DNA of 62,979 nucleotides, the filler included. It is 9 parts of 9 records of this genome, joined end to end, with 100 filler letters (N's around TTAATTAATTAA, not from the genome) between each part and the next. Parts side by side here need not be neighbours in the genome. Positions count along the whole stretch, not along the records: positions 1 to 6,213 come from SRR31156797_52707; positions 6,314 to 12,959 come from SRR31156797_52713; 7 more parts are not named here. One strand, given 5' to 3'. Positions within the stretch are counted from its first letter, which is position 1. Every line of letters begins with the position of its first letter. This document shows, in pieces, positions 1 through 8,817 of the stretch. The position numbers were made by a program, and so were the translations under genes. A model generated the notes under the pieces. That model was given only the letters and a program-made list of their open reading frames with translations. It did not search any database and was not told where the DNA came from.

Positions 1-23
1 CTCTCACAATCTATCCTTATTCG

Positions 24-334
24 TTATGTGATATTTTTACCAAAATAGCTAACTGCCTCAGCTTTACGACCCGACATGGTTTTGACTTGAACAATCTCAA
101 ATTTTAACTCTTTCGTAAATTCCATCAAAAGATCCCTAAGCTCCGAAGGTTCTTGATGGTTCATTTTGACTCCGAACTCTGTCTCAAAAGTTTTTTCATG
201 ATCGCTGCAAAATTCAACTACATGGATAACTCCTGTGGGTTTTAAAAGACGTTGTGCCTCTTTAATAATACTGACTTTTTCTTTATATTCTGGAACACAG
301 GTTAAGACCGCACATAAAATAATAGCTCCAAAAT
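24..334 (-). pseudogene. 3' half of a class I SAM-dependent methyltransferase cassette gene interrupted by an IS
   Basis: Minus strand reads FGAIILCAVLTCVPEYKEKVSIIKEAQRLLKPTGVIHVVEF...GKNIT*; it joins in frame to 2752-3040 once the IS and one target duplication are removed. Confidence 0.88.
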
Positions 335-516
335 CAGAACACCGGGCCTCGACAGTTTGTAATATGATGCCCCGCTGTACGTTTAACTGCGAATTCTCAT
401 TGTTTTTACGGTGGCCTCAATAGATTGCCCGGGTATGCTTGTTCTTTGGCACGGATTTAGATAAGGTACCAAGTTGTTCCAGAACATCACAGCACCTACA
501 AGCCGGAGCCCTATCC

Positions 517-996
517 ATGCCACAGATGCAGCTACCTATTTTCCCAGAAGGAGTAACCCAGATAAACAGTAACCTCGGCGTCATTAGAAAGGACGACACG
601 GTCACATACATTTATGGGAGCCTGCCGGTTTTTACTCACCATGCTGAGGACAAAAAAACCTTCAAGATGTTTACCAGCCAGTTGTATGTTAATGGCAGTA
701 CCAAACAGGCTGAGATTTGCAGAGCTTTCGGCATCAGTAAAATAAGCATGAAGCGCTGGGTGAAAATCTATCGCGAGAAAGGCGCAGCCGCCTTTTTTGA
801 GGAACCCAAACGACGGGGCCCTGCAGTTCTGACCCCACCGGTCGTCCAGGAAGTTCAAAAACTCCTGGATAGTGGCCAGAGCACTCCAGACATTGCACGT
901 ACGTTAGGCCTGAAGGCCGACACACTACGCAAAGCTGTACTGGCCGGGAAGTTGCACCAACCTGAAAAAAAAAGCGCATCTTCCGGTAGCAATTGA
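517..996 (+). CDS. IS ORF1, helix-turn-helix protein (N-terminal part of the transposase)
   Basis: Two HTH-like segments (QAEICRAFGISKISMKRWVK; TPDIARTLGLKADTLRK); likely start MPQMQLPIFP at 517; lies inside the IRs. Confidence 0.8.
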   Translation: MPQMQLPIFPEGVTQINSNLGVIRKDDTVTYIYGSLPVFTHHAEDKKTFKMFTSQLYVNGSTKQAEICRAFGISKISMKRWVKIYREKGAAAFFEEPKRRGPAVLTPPVVQEVQKLLDSGQSTPDIARTLGLKADTLRKAVLAGKLHQPEKKSASSGSN

Positions 997-1051
997 AAAT
1001 GACCTCACTAAAAGTAGCAGGAGTATAGAGGATTCCGCGTCTCCTATTGGC

Positions 1052-2722
1052 ATGGGAGCTACTGACATTGTCGGCCGTGTTGTTTCGAGCCTGTACAAAG
1101 GCGGCCCACGTGACCCGGTCTTTGAAAAGCAACTCGACGTCCCTAATGGTGGGATTTTACTGGCCTTGCCTTTTCTGTTAAGCCTGGGCTTACTGAAGCA
1201 TGGCCAGCGATTTTTTTCTCTACCCCGAGGGTTTTACCGGCTGGACAGTATCTTTTTATTGCTTGCTTTCATGGCCCTGGGGCGGATTAAGACAATAGAG
1301 TCGCTGCGGTATAATTCACCTGGAGAATGGGGTAATCTCCTGGGGCTGGACCGTATTCCCGACGTTAAGACACTCCGGCAAAAGATCAAAAAGCTCTCTG
1401 AAAACAGCATACAGTGGGCTTCAGAGCTTGCCCAGGACTGGATGGGGATGTTTTCTCAATCCGCAGGCGAATTGTATGTGGATGGACACGTCCGGGTCTA
1501 CAACGGTCACCAGACAGAATTGCCCAGGCACCACGTTGCACGACAAAAATTGTGCTTGCGAGCGACTGTGGATTATTGGGTAAATGCCATGGACGGACAA
1601 CCCTTTTTCAAGGTGAACAAAGCAGTCGATCCAGGAATGTTGCAGGTGCTGAAGGATGACATTGTACCTCAGCTTGAACGGTACCTCCCGAGTCAATCCG
1701 AGTTATTTACCAGGGAGGATGCACCCCGCTTTACCCTGGTATTTGATCGTGAAGGCTACAGTCCTCAGTTCATCCGCCAGATGCTGAAAAAGGGCATAGC
1801 CTGTCTGAGCTACCACAAGTATCCCGACGAAGCGTGGAATCAAAGTGAATTCAGCGAGTACAAGTTCAACCTGGCAACTGGGCAGGAAGTTACCATCCAA
1901 CTGGCAGAAAGGGGTGCCCTTCTTGGTAAGGTTCTTTGGGTCAGGGAAATACGTAAGCTGAATAAATCAGGGCACCAGACATCTATCATCGCCACTGATT
2001 TTATCAAATCGCCACCGGAACTTGCCCGAGCCATGTTCGCCAGATGGTCTCAAGAAGACTTTTTCAAGTATATGCGCGAACACTATGGGCTGGATAGGCT
2101 CGTGGACTATACACTTGCCGAAATTCCTGAGTCCACGAAGGTGGTTAATCCTCAGTACCGGGAGGTGGACGGTGAGGCCCGCAAGGCGATAAGTCAACTC
2201 AGCAGAAAACAGTGTGAGAGTATTGAGGTCCTTTTAAAAGAAGACATCAGCCCGGAAACTGTCGAAGAGTATGCAGCCAAAAAGGTGACTTTACTTGAGG
2301 AGGTCGACGGTCTGCAAAAAACGGTAGATGACTTGAAGGCACTGCGCAAAGCCACGCCAAAGCATGTTCAAATAGGCGACCTACCCGAAGAGGACAGGTT
2401 TAAGCAGCTTGCTACAGAGAGCAAGCACCTGATTGATGCCGTCAAAATGATCGCCTACAGGGCAGAAACCGCCATGGTGAACACTCTCCGGCCAGGTGTA
2501 CGGCGAAAAGATGACATCAGGAGTTTAGTGCGAAGCATCTATGCCACAGAGGCTGACTTTATTCCTGATCATGAGGCTAACACCTTAACCGTACGGCTGC
2601 ATCAACTTGCAAATCGGAGAAGCGTTGAGTCGGTCATGCGTCTCTGCCGAGAACTTAACGACACCAGAACCATATTTCCGGGCACTCAGCTGCGCCTGGT
2701 TTATGAGTTGGTATCTGCTTAA
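1052..2722 (+). CDS. IS ORF2, DDE-type transposase catalytic part
   Basis: Acidic motifs LYVDGH, LVFDREG and RWSQEDFFK; ends just inside the right IR. Confidence 0.85.
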   Translation: MGATDIVGRVVSSLYKGGPRDPVFEKQLDVPNGGILLALPFLLSLGLLKHGQRFFSLPRGFYRLDSIFLLLAFMALGRIKTIESLRYNSPGEWGNLLGLDRIPDVKTLRQKIKKLSENSIQWASELAQDWMGMFSQSAGELYVDGHVRVYNGHQTELPRHHVARQKLCLRATVDYWVNAMDGQPFFKVNKAVDPGMLQVLKDDIVPQLERYLPSQSELFTREDAPRFTLVFDREGYSPQFIRQMLKKGIACLSYHKYPDEAWNQSEFSEYKFNLATGQEVTIQLAERGALLGKVLWVREIRKLNKSGHQTSIIATDFIKSPPELARAMFARWSQEDFFKYMREHYGLDRLVDYTLAEIPESTKVVNPQYREVDGEARKAISQLSRKQCESIEVLLKEDISPETVEEYAAKKVTLLEEVDGLQKTVDDLKALRKATPKHVQIGDLPEEDRFKQLATESKHLIDAVKMIAYRAETAMVNTLRPGVRRKDDIRSLVRSIYATEADFIPDHEANTLTVRLHQLANRRSVESVMRLCRELNDTRTIFPGTQLRLVYELVSA

Positions 2723-2751
2723 TTTCTGCTGAGGACCGGTGTTCTGAAAAT

Positions 2752-3040
2752 GATTTGGTGGAAATTCAAGTCGGATATTAGCATTTTGGAACAGAGGCAT
2801 GTTTGGATATTCGTGGTTACCTCTGCTAATCATTGACGATGAAGAATCACAACCTGTAACATTCAAAAAACCATTAGATTTTAGGATATTGCAAGTTCGT
2901 CCATAACCACAGCCATAATCTAGGATATGGGTATCGGTTGGCACCAGTTTTTTGAATTCAGCAAGATCAATTTCAAGGTTGAAATCAACATTTTGTGCTA
3001 CCGAATTCCATGCTTCTGTTTGCATATGGCTTTGACACAT
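2752..3040 (-). pseudogene. 5' half of the IS-interrupted SAM-dependent methyltransferase
   Basis: Motif I ILDYGCGYG and VTGCDSS; ATG directly follows the attC GTT; the ORF-track tail after NHF is read-through into the IS. Confidence 0.88.
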
Positions 3041-3108
3041 AACGACTAAACTCCCCTGACGCTTTGGAGCGCAGCGGAAAAGTGGTCAGGTGCAGCGCCT
3101 TGTTAGCT
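3037..3108 (-). repeat. Integron attC site (72 bp)
   Basis: Minus strand AGCTAAC-aaggcgctgcacCTGAC...GTCAGgggagtttagtc-GTTATGT; imperfect palindrome with R'' and R' boxes, overlapping the upstream stop codon. Confidence 0.88.
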
Positions 3109-3519
3109 TTTTGATTCAACGGCATCCCTCAACCCTTGCATAGTTGCCGGTAAACCTTTTCTTATACCGCTTCCAATAAGGCGACCAAATAAGGGAGAAA
3201 GCAAGCCTGAAAATAGGACATTATGTGAGACTTCTGTTCCTTCACTTGATGGAACTAGCTCATGCACAAAGCTCATTGTGCACAACGGTAACTTACTTGT
3301 TGTTGTGAATGATTTGTTCTTCGTTACTTCAGTAAGCTCAATCTTTGCTTCTGGGCCTTTTGCTGGCTTTAGTCTTCCTTTGGTTTTCGCCTTAAACTCA
3401 CCATCAATTGATGATGATTGAACATCTGGATCCCAAGATGACCACTCAGAAACATTTTCATAATAGTGGAATATCTGTTCAGGAGTCGCCTTAATTCTTA
3501 TTCTCTCTTCAATTTGCAT
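3103..3519 (-). CDS. SRPBCC/polyketide cyclase-like (START-fold) protein, integron cassette
   Basis: IKATPEQIFHYYENVSEWSSWDP signature; AGGAG RBS; flanked by attC sites. Confidence 0.85.
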   Translation of the reverse strand: MQIEERIRIKATPEQIFHYYENVSEWSSWDPDVQSSSIDGEFKAKTKGRLKPAKGPEAKIELTEVTKNKSFTTTSKLPLCTMSFVHELVPSSEGTEVSHNVLFSGLLSPLFGRLIGSGIRKGLPATMQGLRDAVESKS

Positions 3520-3535
3520 TATGTCTCCTTTTGAA

Positions 3536-3624
3536 AGCTAACGTTTCGCATGACCAGCGGGTCACCGAACTAGCCCGTCAGGCCGCCACCGTTCTTCCCG
3601 TCTGCGTTAATGCGCGTGTTCGGT
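3536..3624 (-). repeat. Integron attC site (89 bp)
   Basis: Minus strand ACCGAAC-acgcgcattaacgcagac...gctggtcatgcgaaac-GTTAGCT; R''/R' boxes and pairing L boxes. Confidence 0.82.
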
Positions 3625-3790
3625 GCCTCATTTATTTGTGATTTCGGAATATCCCTTAATTCCAACAAAACCAAAATTCAAGATATATGGGGACCAAGGA
3701 GACTTCTCCCTTTTTTCGTTGTGAGCTTCCTGAAAAGAAGTTTGTTAGGAAAAAGCTCAAGTCTAACTATTGTTTGTTCATATTATTTCT

Positions 3791-5374
3791 TTACAGTTTC
3801 TCAGAAAGTCTTTTTAGTATTTTAATGTTCCCTTCCGTAAAAGGATTGTTATATTCCTCAACTCTATTGATTGAATCAGGGTCTTTAAAAAGGTTAACAA
3901 TGATGTCCATTTGACTTGTAACTTTTACCTTTAAATCTTCGAGAGAATCTCTTAATTCGATATATTCTTTTCGATCTTGTTCACACTTTTCAATCTTATC
4001 TCCATATTCTTTAGCTAAGCTATCGCGCTGTTTTGCAAGCTCCTCTCTTGTTTCTTCGTTTTCAATAAACGATTCTGATAGACTCTTTAGAGGGCGATAC
4101 ATCCTATCACTTAGCCATTCAGCCTTAGGTGTTTCAAGGAACTCTTTTGAAGCATCTACCCCATGGGGGATATTCATGTTGTTTTCATTTGACTTGCCTA
4201 GAATCTTCTTTATCTTTTCTAATTTGCCATCTGATAGTAAATCTGTATCAATAACGTCTAAGAAGTCATTTTTGTCGATTATTTCACCGAACGAAGAACT
4301 AATATCATGCACAAGTAAGTAGTAGTAGTGTTCCTTTACATAGTTGGCGATACGCTCCCAATATTTTTCAGGCAACCATGTAGGCTTCTTGATATCTTTA
4401 ATTTTACTGTAATTACTTAGGTAATAACGGTCGTTTAGATTGTCTGAAAAACAGGTGACATATTGTTTAGAATAATCTTCGATTAACTCGTTCCACTTTT
4501 TATCATTGATATTTTGTGGTTTCTCAAAATCCATCACTTTTGCCAAGTAATCAACGTCACCCCAGCTCCTGCATAACTTTTCAATTGCAAGTAGAGAAAA
4601 CTGTTTATGTGCAGTTTGATAAAAATGTTCTATTTCATCTTCTAATAGAAAACCATCCAAGTCTCCATTTAGTGCTTTATAAAGCATCGTATCTTCAATA
4701 TTTATCTCATAACTGTCAGTTCTGAGAAGCTTTGCTTCAATATGGTACTTTCTGTCTGTTTTCCAATTTTTGGTTCTTTGTAATATTGGTTTTCTTTTTC
4801 TTAAATAACTATCCAATGAGAGATAAGATAAATTCGGTCTTAACACTAAGTCTACATATCCCAAATAAGTCATTAGTAAAATATATATAACCCATAGACT
4901 TACATATGCTCTATACTCATAATTTATTGAATTATCTGATAATGAAGGTATGCCTTGGCCGGTCTTGTGAAAAACAGCTAAATCAGAACCTAATATTGGT
5001 AATTCTGCCGTCATTAATATAGTCAGTTGGCTATCTTTTCTAAGTTCTGAATATTGTATCTCCAGATAAGAATCATTGTGGATTATATCCATTGTGTCAG
5101 ATTCTAATATTTTTGATACTTCGTATTTTTGTATTGGAGAATCAATCTTTATCTTGATGTCTTCTGCGGTATTGTTTCCTGTATTTTCAATTATAAGGAA
5201 CTGTATATAGTCCTTCTCTCCGCTTTTAACTATTGAAGTTGGAGTTGGTTTTGAAATGGCATAAGTAATCTCAGCATATTCTTTAGTGATATTATGATAA
5301 ACTAGAGGTATTAAAATTCCTGCTATGATTAGCCATCCAAATTGTTTAAGGAGTTCTTTCATTTTCGTTACCAA
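3791..5374 (-). CDS. Hypothetical membrane-anchored protein with C-terminal coiled coil, integron cassette
   Basis: 527-aa AT-rich ORF; two hydrophobic segments around a beta-rich region (FLIIENTGNNTAEDIKIKI); charged heptad-like C-terminus; lies between attC sites. Confidence 0.75.
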   Translation of the reverse strand: MVTKMKELLKQFGWLIIAGILIPLVYHNITKEYAEITYAISKPTPTSIVKSGEKDYIQFLIIENTGNNTAEDIKIKIDSPIQKYEVSKILESDTMDIIHNDSYLEIQYSELRKDSQLTILMTAELPILGSDLAVFHKTGQGIPSLSDNSINYEYRAYVSLWVIYILLMTYLGYVDLVLRPNLSYLSLDSYLRKRKPILQRTKNWKTDRKYHIEAKLLRTDSYEINIEDTMLYKALNGDLDGFLLEDEIEHFYQTAHKQFSLLAIEKLCRSWGDVDYLAKVMDFEKPQNINDKKWNELIEDYSKQYVTCFSDNLNDRYYLSNYSKIKDIKKPTWLPEKYWERIANYVKEHYYYLLVHDISSSFGEIIDKNDFLDVIDTDLLSDGKLEKIKKILGKSNENNMNIPHGVDASKEFLETPKAEWLSDRMYRPLKSLSESFIENEETREELAKQRDSLAKEYGDKIEKCEQDRKEYIELRDSLEDLKVKVTSQMDIIVNLFKDPDSINRVEEYNNPFTEGNIKILKRLSEKL

Positions 5375-5435
5375 TTATGAGATTGCGATTATTGACCCGA
5401 CATCGTTTTTTTAAACTTCTAAACAATATTTACTC

Positions 5436-5496
5436 ACCGAACTACGGATTTTTCACGCGCCCGGCTTTTTGGGTCGCGTGCAAAAATGGGTTATAA
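5436..5496 (-). repeat. Integron attC site (61 bp)
   Basis: Minus strand TTATAAC-ccATTTTTgCACGCGacc...gggCGCGTGAAAAAT-ccgta-GTTCGGT hairpin directly after the upstream stop codon. Confidence 0.8.
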
Positions 5497-5497
5497 A

Positions 5498-6175
5498 TTA
5501 TTCGATTATATTAAATCGTTTACGGGCTTCGTCCTTCGGAATTCCGTTAAAATGCCACCATTCGTAACTTAACGGAAAGAACCCAGCCTCCTTCATTACA
5601 GTAGCCAGCAACTCACGATTTTGTTTTTGGGTCTCGCTGAGTTTAAATACTTTTAGTTTTGCATAACCCCAGTAAATTGATAACGTGCTTTTATAAAAAG
5701 GCGTAAACCCCATATCTATTTCTTTGTTATTTCCATCTATTATTGTCACATCAACTGCGATTCCATAATTATGCATTGATCCTTTTTTGGGATTAGCCAC
5801 AAATTTCTCAAACTTGGTTCCCTTCATTTTATCGTACATAAACTGAGAGACACTTCTTGGACGTGCTGCATCCATAATTAGAATTGAATATTCAGGGAAC
5901 TTCGATTTTAAGTGTTTTTGTGCAGTTGATAATTTCTTTGCAACTTCCAGACGGAGATAGGCTTTGATTAGTCCATTGTAGTAGTCTTCGCGAAAATAGT
6001 TATTGTCAGGATCTGAATTTACAAGATTAACCTGTATGGATTTGTCAACGGAATGGACATCAATAAGCCCTGCCTCTATGAACTTCTTTTCAATTTCATT
6101 TGCATGGCAAGTGATGCATATAAAGAAACTAAAAAATACGATTATAAATTTGAAGTATGGTTTCGGATTTTTCAT
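5498..6175 (-). CDS. D-Ala-D-Ala dipeptidase (VanX/DdpX-like, M15 Zn peptidase) with signal peptide
   Basis: DAARP, SMHNYGIAVD (SxHxxGxAxD) and EWWHF motifs; N-terminal signal-like hydrophobic stretch. Confidence 0.9.
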   Translation of the reverse strand: MKNPKPYFKFIIVFFSFFICITCHANEIEKKFIEAGLIDVHSVDKSIQVNLVNSDPDNNYFREDYYNGLIKAYLRLEVAKKLSTAQKHLKSKFPEYSILIMDAARPRSVSQFMYDKMKGTKFEKFVANPKKGSMHNYGIAVDVTIIDGNNKEIDMGFTPFYKSTLSIYWGYAKLKVFKLSETQKQNRELLATVMKEAGFFPLSYEWWHFNGIPKDEARKRFNIIE

Positions 6176-6213
6176 TTTGATTTATCTCGTGGTAGGAACG
6201 TCGGTTACCCGAC

Positions 6214-6313
6214 NNNNNNNNNNNNNNNNNNNNNNNNNNNNNNNNNNNNNNNNNNNNTTAATTAATTAANNNNNNNNNNNNNNNNNNNNNNNNNNNNNNN
6301 NNNNNNNNNNNNN
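6214..6313. other. Artificial contig spacer. Identical spacers lie at 12960-13059, 19725-19824, 25629-25728, 30831-30930, 36927-37026, 49796-49895 and 55345-55444
   Basis: 44 N + TTAATTAATTAA (stops in all six frames) + 44 N, repeated eight times; genes are truncated and base composition changes at the junctions. Confidence 0.98.
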
Positions 6314-6558
6314 TGACCCGGCACGGTATAAAGTTGGATTCTGACATCATACCCCCCGATTTTCCCCATTTCGAACGGCAAAAAATCAAAAAAAAGCGTC
6401 CTGTCGCCGTGAGTTTTTATACTTACCATTTCCGATTTAAAGCTGTTGTTAAATTTCTTATATATGAATTCCAGGTTTGTGGTCTTGCCGCCGCGCCCCG
6501 GCCCGTAGTAAACGATCTTGGCCTGGATTGACCTGTTTTTCATGTTTATGACAGCCAA
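6314..6558 (-). CDS. mglA: MglA-family small GTPase (3'-truncated)
   Basis: AKIVYYGPGRGGKTTNL, DRTLFFDFLP and QLYTVPG; likely TTG start at 6558. Confidence 0.92.
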
Positions 6559-6571
6559 AACAAACCCCCGC

Positions 6572-6979
6572 CTAAACCTGTTCAACGCCCGGGTTTAAAA
6601 CCTTTTTCAACTTTTCGATAGCCGCGGCCGTTTTCAGGCGGACATAGCCCAGGGATAGCCGGTTGCCGAAAATCGTAATCAAAAGAAAATCGGCGTCTAC
6701 CTTGCTAAAGTGAATATGTTCCTTTTTCCCCTTGTGAAAAAAAAGGCTGAATTCTTCTTCCCCCAGTATATTTGCCATGCTGGCTACAGCGCCGTAGTTG
6801 CCTGCGGCCAGCGCCGCCAATGAATAAACATCGTGGGTGCAAACGCCGTCGTCCAGCGTAGCGATTATATTACCGGCCATATCTATCAGCAGCACCGTAT
6901 GGACGCCGATATCTATCAACTCATCAGCCAGTATTGCCTGCATGATATCCAACTCGTTCATGCCGAATGCATAATCCAT
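6572..6979 (-). CDS. mglB: MglB-like roadblock/LC7 protein
   Basis: LLIDMAGNII, SLAALAAGNYGA and SLGYVRL; directly upstream of mglA; GAGGGA RBS before the ATG at 6979. Confidence 0.85.
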   Translation of the reverse strand: MDYAFGMNELDIMQAILADELIDIGVHTVLLIDMAGNIIATLDDGVCTHDVYSLAALAAGNYGAVASMANILGEEEFSLFFHKGKKEHIHFSKVDADFLLITIFGNRLSLGYVRLKTAAAIEKLKKVLNPGVEQV

Positions 6980-7079
6980 ATTTCCCTCAATTCCGGGGGC
7001 CCCATGACCAGACCTTAAAAAAACACCGGGAATTATCAATTCCCGGAAAAAACATGAAAGCGCCCCGATCGCCTGAAAA

Positions 7080-7448
7080 TTATATTTGCAGATAATCAAT
7101 AACTTCCGCGTATTCTTTCATCAGCATTCTGGTCCGTCCCAGCCATTCATCTTTTTTGGTCATGATAAACAGGAAATAGGGCTTTCCACTTATGGGCCTG
7201 ATCAGGTAATAATGAGATTCCGTTGTTATCAGAATATCCTCCGGCTCCTCACCGCCGTCCAGTCGTTTAAGGGCCTTTAAATTGGACTTGACCACGCCGG
7301 CCAGATGCGCTGCCGCGGCCCCGGCTTCAATGCTGTCCACAGTGTTATATTCGGCAATGGGAAGACCTTCCTCCACCAAAACCAGGGCCGCGGCCACGAT
7401 ACCGGGAAGCTCTCCGGCAAATTCAGCTAGTTTTTTATTCAGTTCCAT
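7080..7448 (-). CDS. Roadblock/LC7-domain protein
   Basis: GIVAAALVLVEEGLPIA, EDILITTESHYYLIRPI and WLGRTR pattern. Confidence 0.8.
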   Translation of the reverse strand: MELNKKLAEFAGELPGIVAAALVLVEEGLPIAEYNTVDSIEAGAAAAHLAGVVKSNLKALKRLDGGEEPEDILITTESHYYLIRPISGKPYFLFIMTKKDEWLGRTRMLMKEYAEVIDYLQI

Positions 7449-7494
7449 AAATCATCGCTATCATTGCTTCATGTAATTTTGTATCGGCGGCGTC

Positions 7495-8817
7495 TTATCT
7501 TAAAAAAACCATGCTTCCCATGCTTTCATTCCATGTCGGCGCCCGGTTTTTATAGCTGTCAATTCTGGATTTGAGCATATCAAGCGAAGCGCCGGACATA
7601 ACCGCGGCCATGCGCAGCCAGTCCAATGGAGACCTGCTTCCCTCCACCAAGCCCAGTTCGATGATTTTGGTTATCTTCAAATCCAGATCGTCCTTGATCA
7701 TGGATGGAGGGATAAGCCTGGTCAAATCCTCGTCAATCTTTTCCCAGCCGTCACCTTCTATACGGCGGAGGGAAACCGGCCTTTCCGCCAGGCTTTGCAT
7801 GATAAGCTCGGCCGGCGTATCCAGAATCAGAAAAATGCTCTTAAGCTCCTTAAGTAACAGTCTTACATTAGCCCGGTATTCTTCGAGAACGTCATTGGTG
7901 ACGGCCGAGGTATCGCTACAGGCCAATGGGCCGTCATTGTTACTTATCAGGTCCATCAACTCTTTTTTACGCTTCCATTCCCCTACCCGGCCCACGTGCA
8001 ACAGGCCGAACTTGGATATTTCCACGGCCTTTAAAAGAATAATAAAAAAAAGAAAAGTTTTGGCCGCAATGGAAACCGGCGACAAATCCCCGTCGGGAAA
8101 ACGGAACTCAAGATGAAAGTCCGCTATCATTCCGTCATCTCCCGGGGCCAGATGTTCCAAATTTAAAAAATTTTGATGCTCCGGAACCACCCGGCTGCGT
8201 TTCAACGTTTCCTTTATCTGCCACATGGAATTGTTTGCCGGCGACAGGCCCATGATTTCCTGGTGAGCATTATGCTGACGCCTTCTCGTCAGGGTCCGGC
8301 GACTGTCTCCCCCGCTGGTCAGAAACTTCAAGCCCGGAGAATATTTGCGCACCAGGTTCCACAAGTTCGCCGCAATTATCTCCGGTATCCCTTCGGATAT
8401 TCCTATGCCGAGCATGTGAAAATGAAGTCCGCAAGTCGGACGGATGCGAACCCCCGCCTCCAGGAGAATATTCACTATTTGCCTGTACTGGCCAACCAGG
8501 GCGTCCCAGTTGGGATGCCGCCCGATCACCTGTATTTCAATCCCGCTGTGTTCCTTGATTACGTTGAATATCCCCAACCGGCCAAGGTTGTTCATGTCGC
8601 GTGACGGCTGCAGCCTTTGTTCCAACACCGGTTGGAAATCCCGACGCATTACGCCCTTGGGCAATGCAAATTCAATCTCCGTTCCAATCCTTATATCCCG
8701 ATACAACAGGTCCTGGTAATAAGCGGCTTCATCAAGGCTTAAAGCGTCCGGCCTGCGGAAAAACACAGGCGCCCCGGCTGCAGCCGTCGCGTCTTTTTGA
8801 TTATTCAACGAATTCAA
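7495..8817 (-). CDS. Putative amidoligase (COOH-NH2 ligase, glutamate-cysteine ligase/glutamine synthetase fold)
   Basis: IGTEIEF, GIEIQ, TCGLHFH and LEFRFPDG motifs in the family order; start codon uncertain. Confidence 0.72.
   Translation of the reverse strand: MNSLNNQKDATAAAGAPVFFRRPDALSLDEAAYYQDLLYRDIRIGTEIEFALPKGVMRRDFQPVLEQRLQPSRDMNNLGRLGIFNVIKEHSGIEIQVIGRHPNWDALVGQYRQIVNILLEAGVRIRPTCGLHFHMLGIGISEGIPEIIAANLWNLVRKYSPGLKFLTSGGDSRRTLTRRRQHNAHQEIMGLSPANNSMWQIKETLKRSRVVPEHQNFLNLEHLAPGDDGMIADFHLEFRFPDGDLSPVSIAAKTFLFFIILLKAVEISKFGLLHVGRVGEWKRKKELMDLISNNDGPLACSDTSAVTNDVLEEYRANVRLLLKELKSIFLILDTPAELIMQSLAERPVSLRRIEGDGWEKIDEDLTRLIPPSMIKDDLDLKITKIIELGLVEGSRSPLDWLRMAAVMSGASLDMLKSRIDSYKNRAPTWNESMGSMVFLR

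Larger units (their letters stand above)
335..2746 (+). mobile_element. Complete insertion sequence (about 2.4 kb, two ORFs, family not assigned)
   Basis: Terminal inverted repeats (T)CAGAACACCGGGCCTCGACAG and revcomp (T)CAGAACACCGGTCCTCAGCAG; flanking direct repeat AAAAT at 330-334 and 2747-2751 (or AAA if the ends are 334/2747); the empty site restores an ORF. Confidence 0.92.

Noticed and set aside
2585-3040. 151-aa ORF as an intact methyltransferase
   Set aside because: The tail after NHF is read-through into the IS; the real 3' half is at 24-334
3625-3790. GTTAG/CTAAC motifs and overlapping plus-strand ORFs between the 527-aa gene and its attC
   Set aside because: No convincing hairpin; the ORFs lack motifs and an RBS and are antisense to the array
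6181-6213. Possible right end of a fourth attC (GGGTAACCGAC-GTTCCTA on the minus strand)
   Set aside because: Truncated by the contig edge, and the heptamer does not complement that cassette's R'' (TTATAAC)
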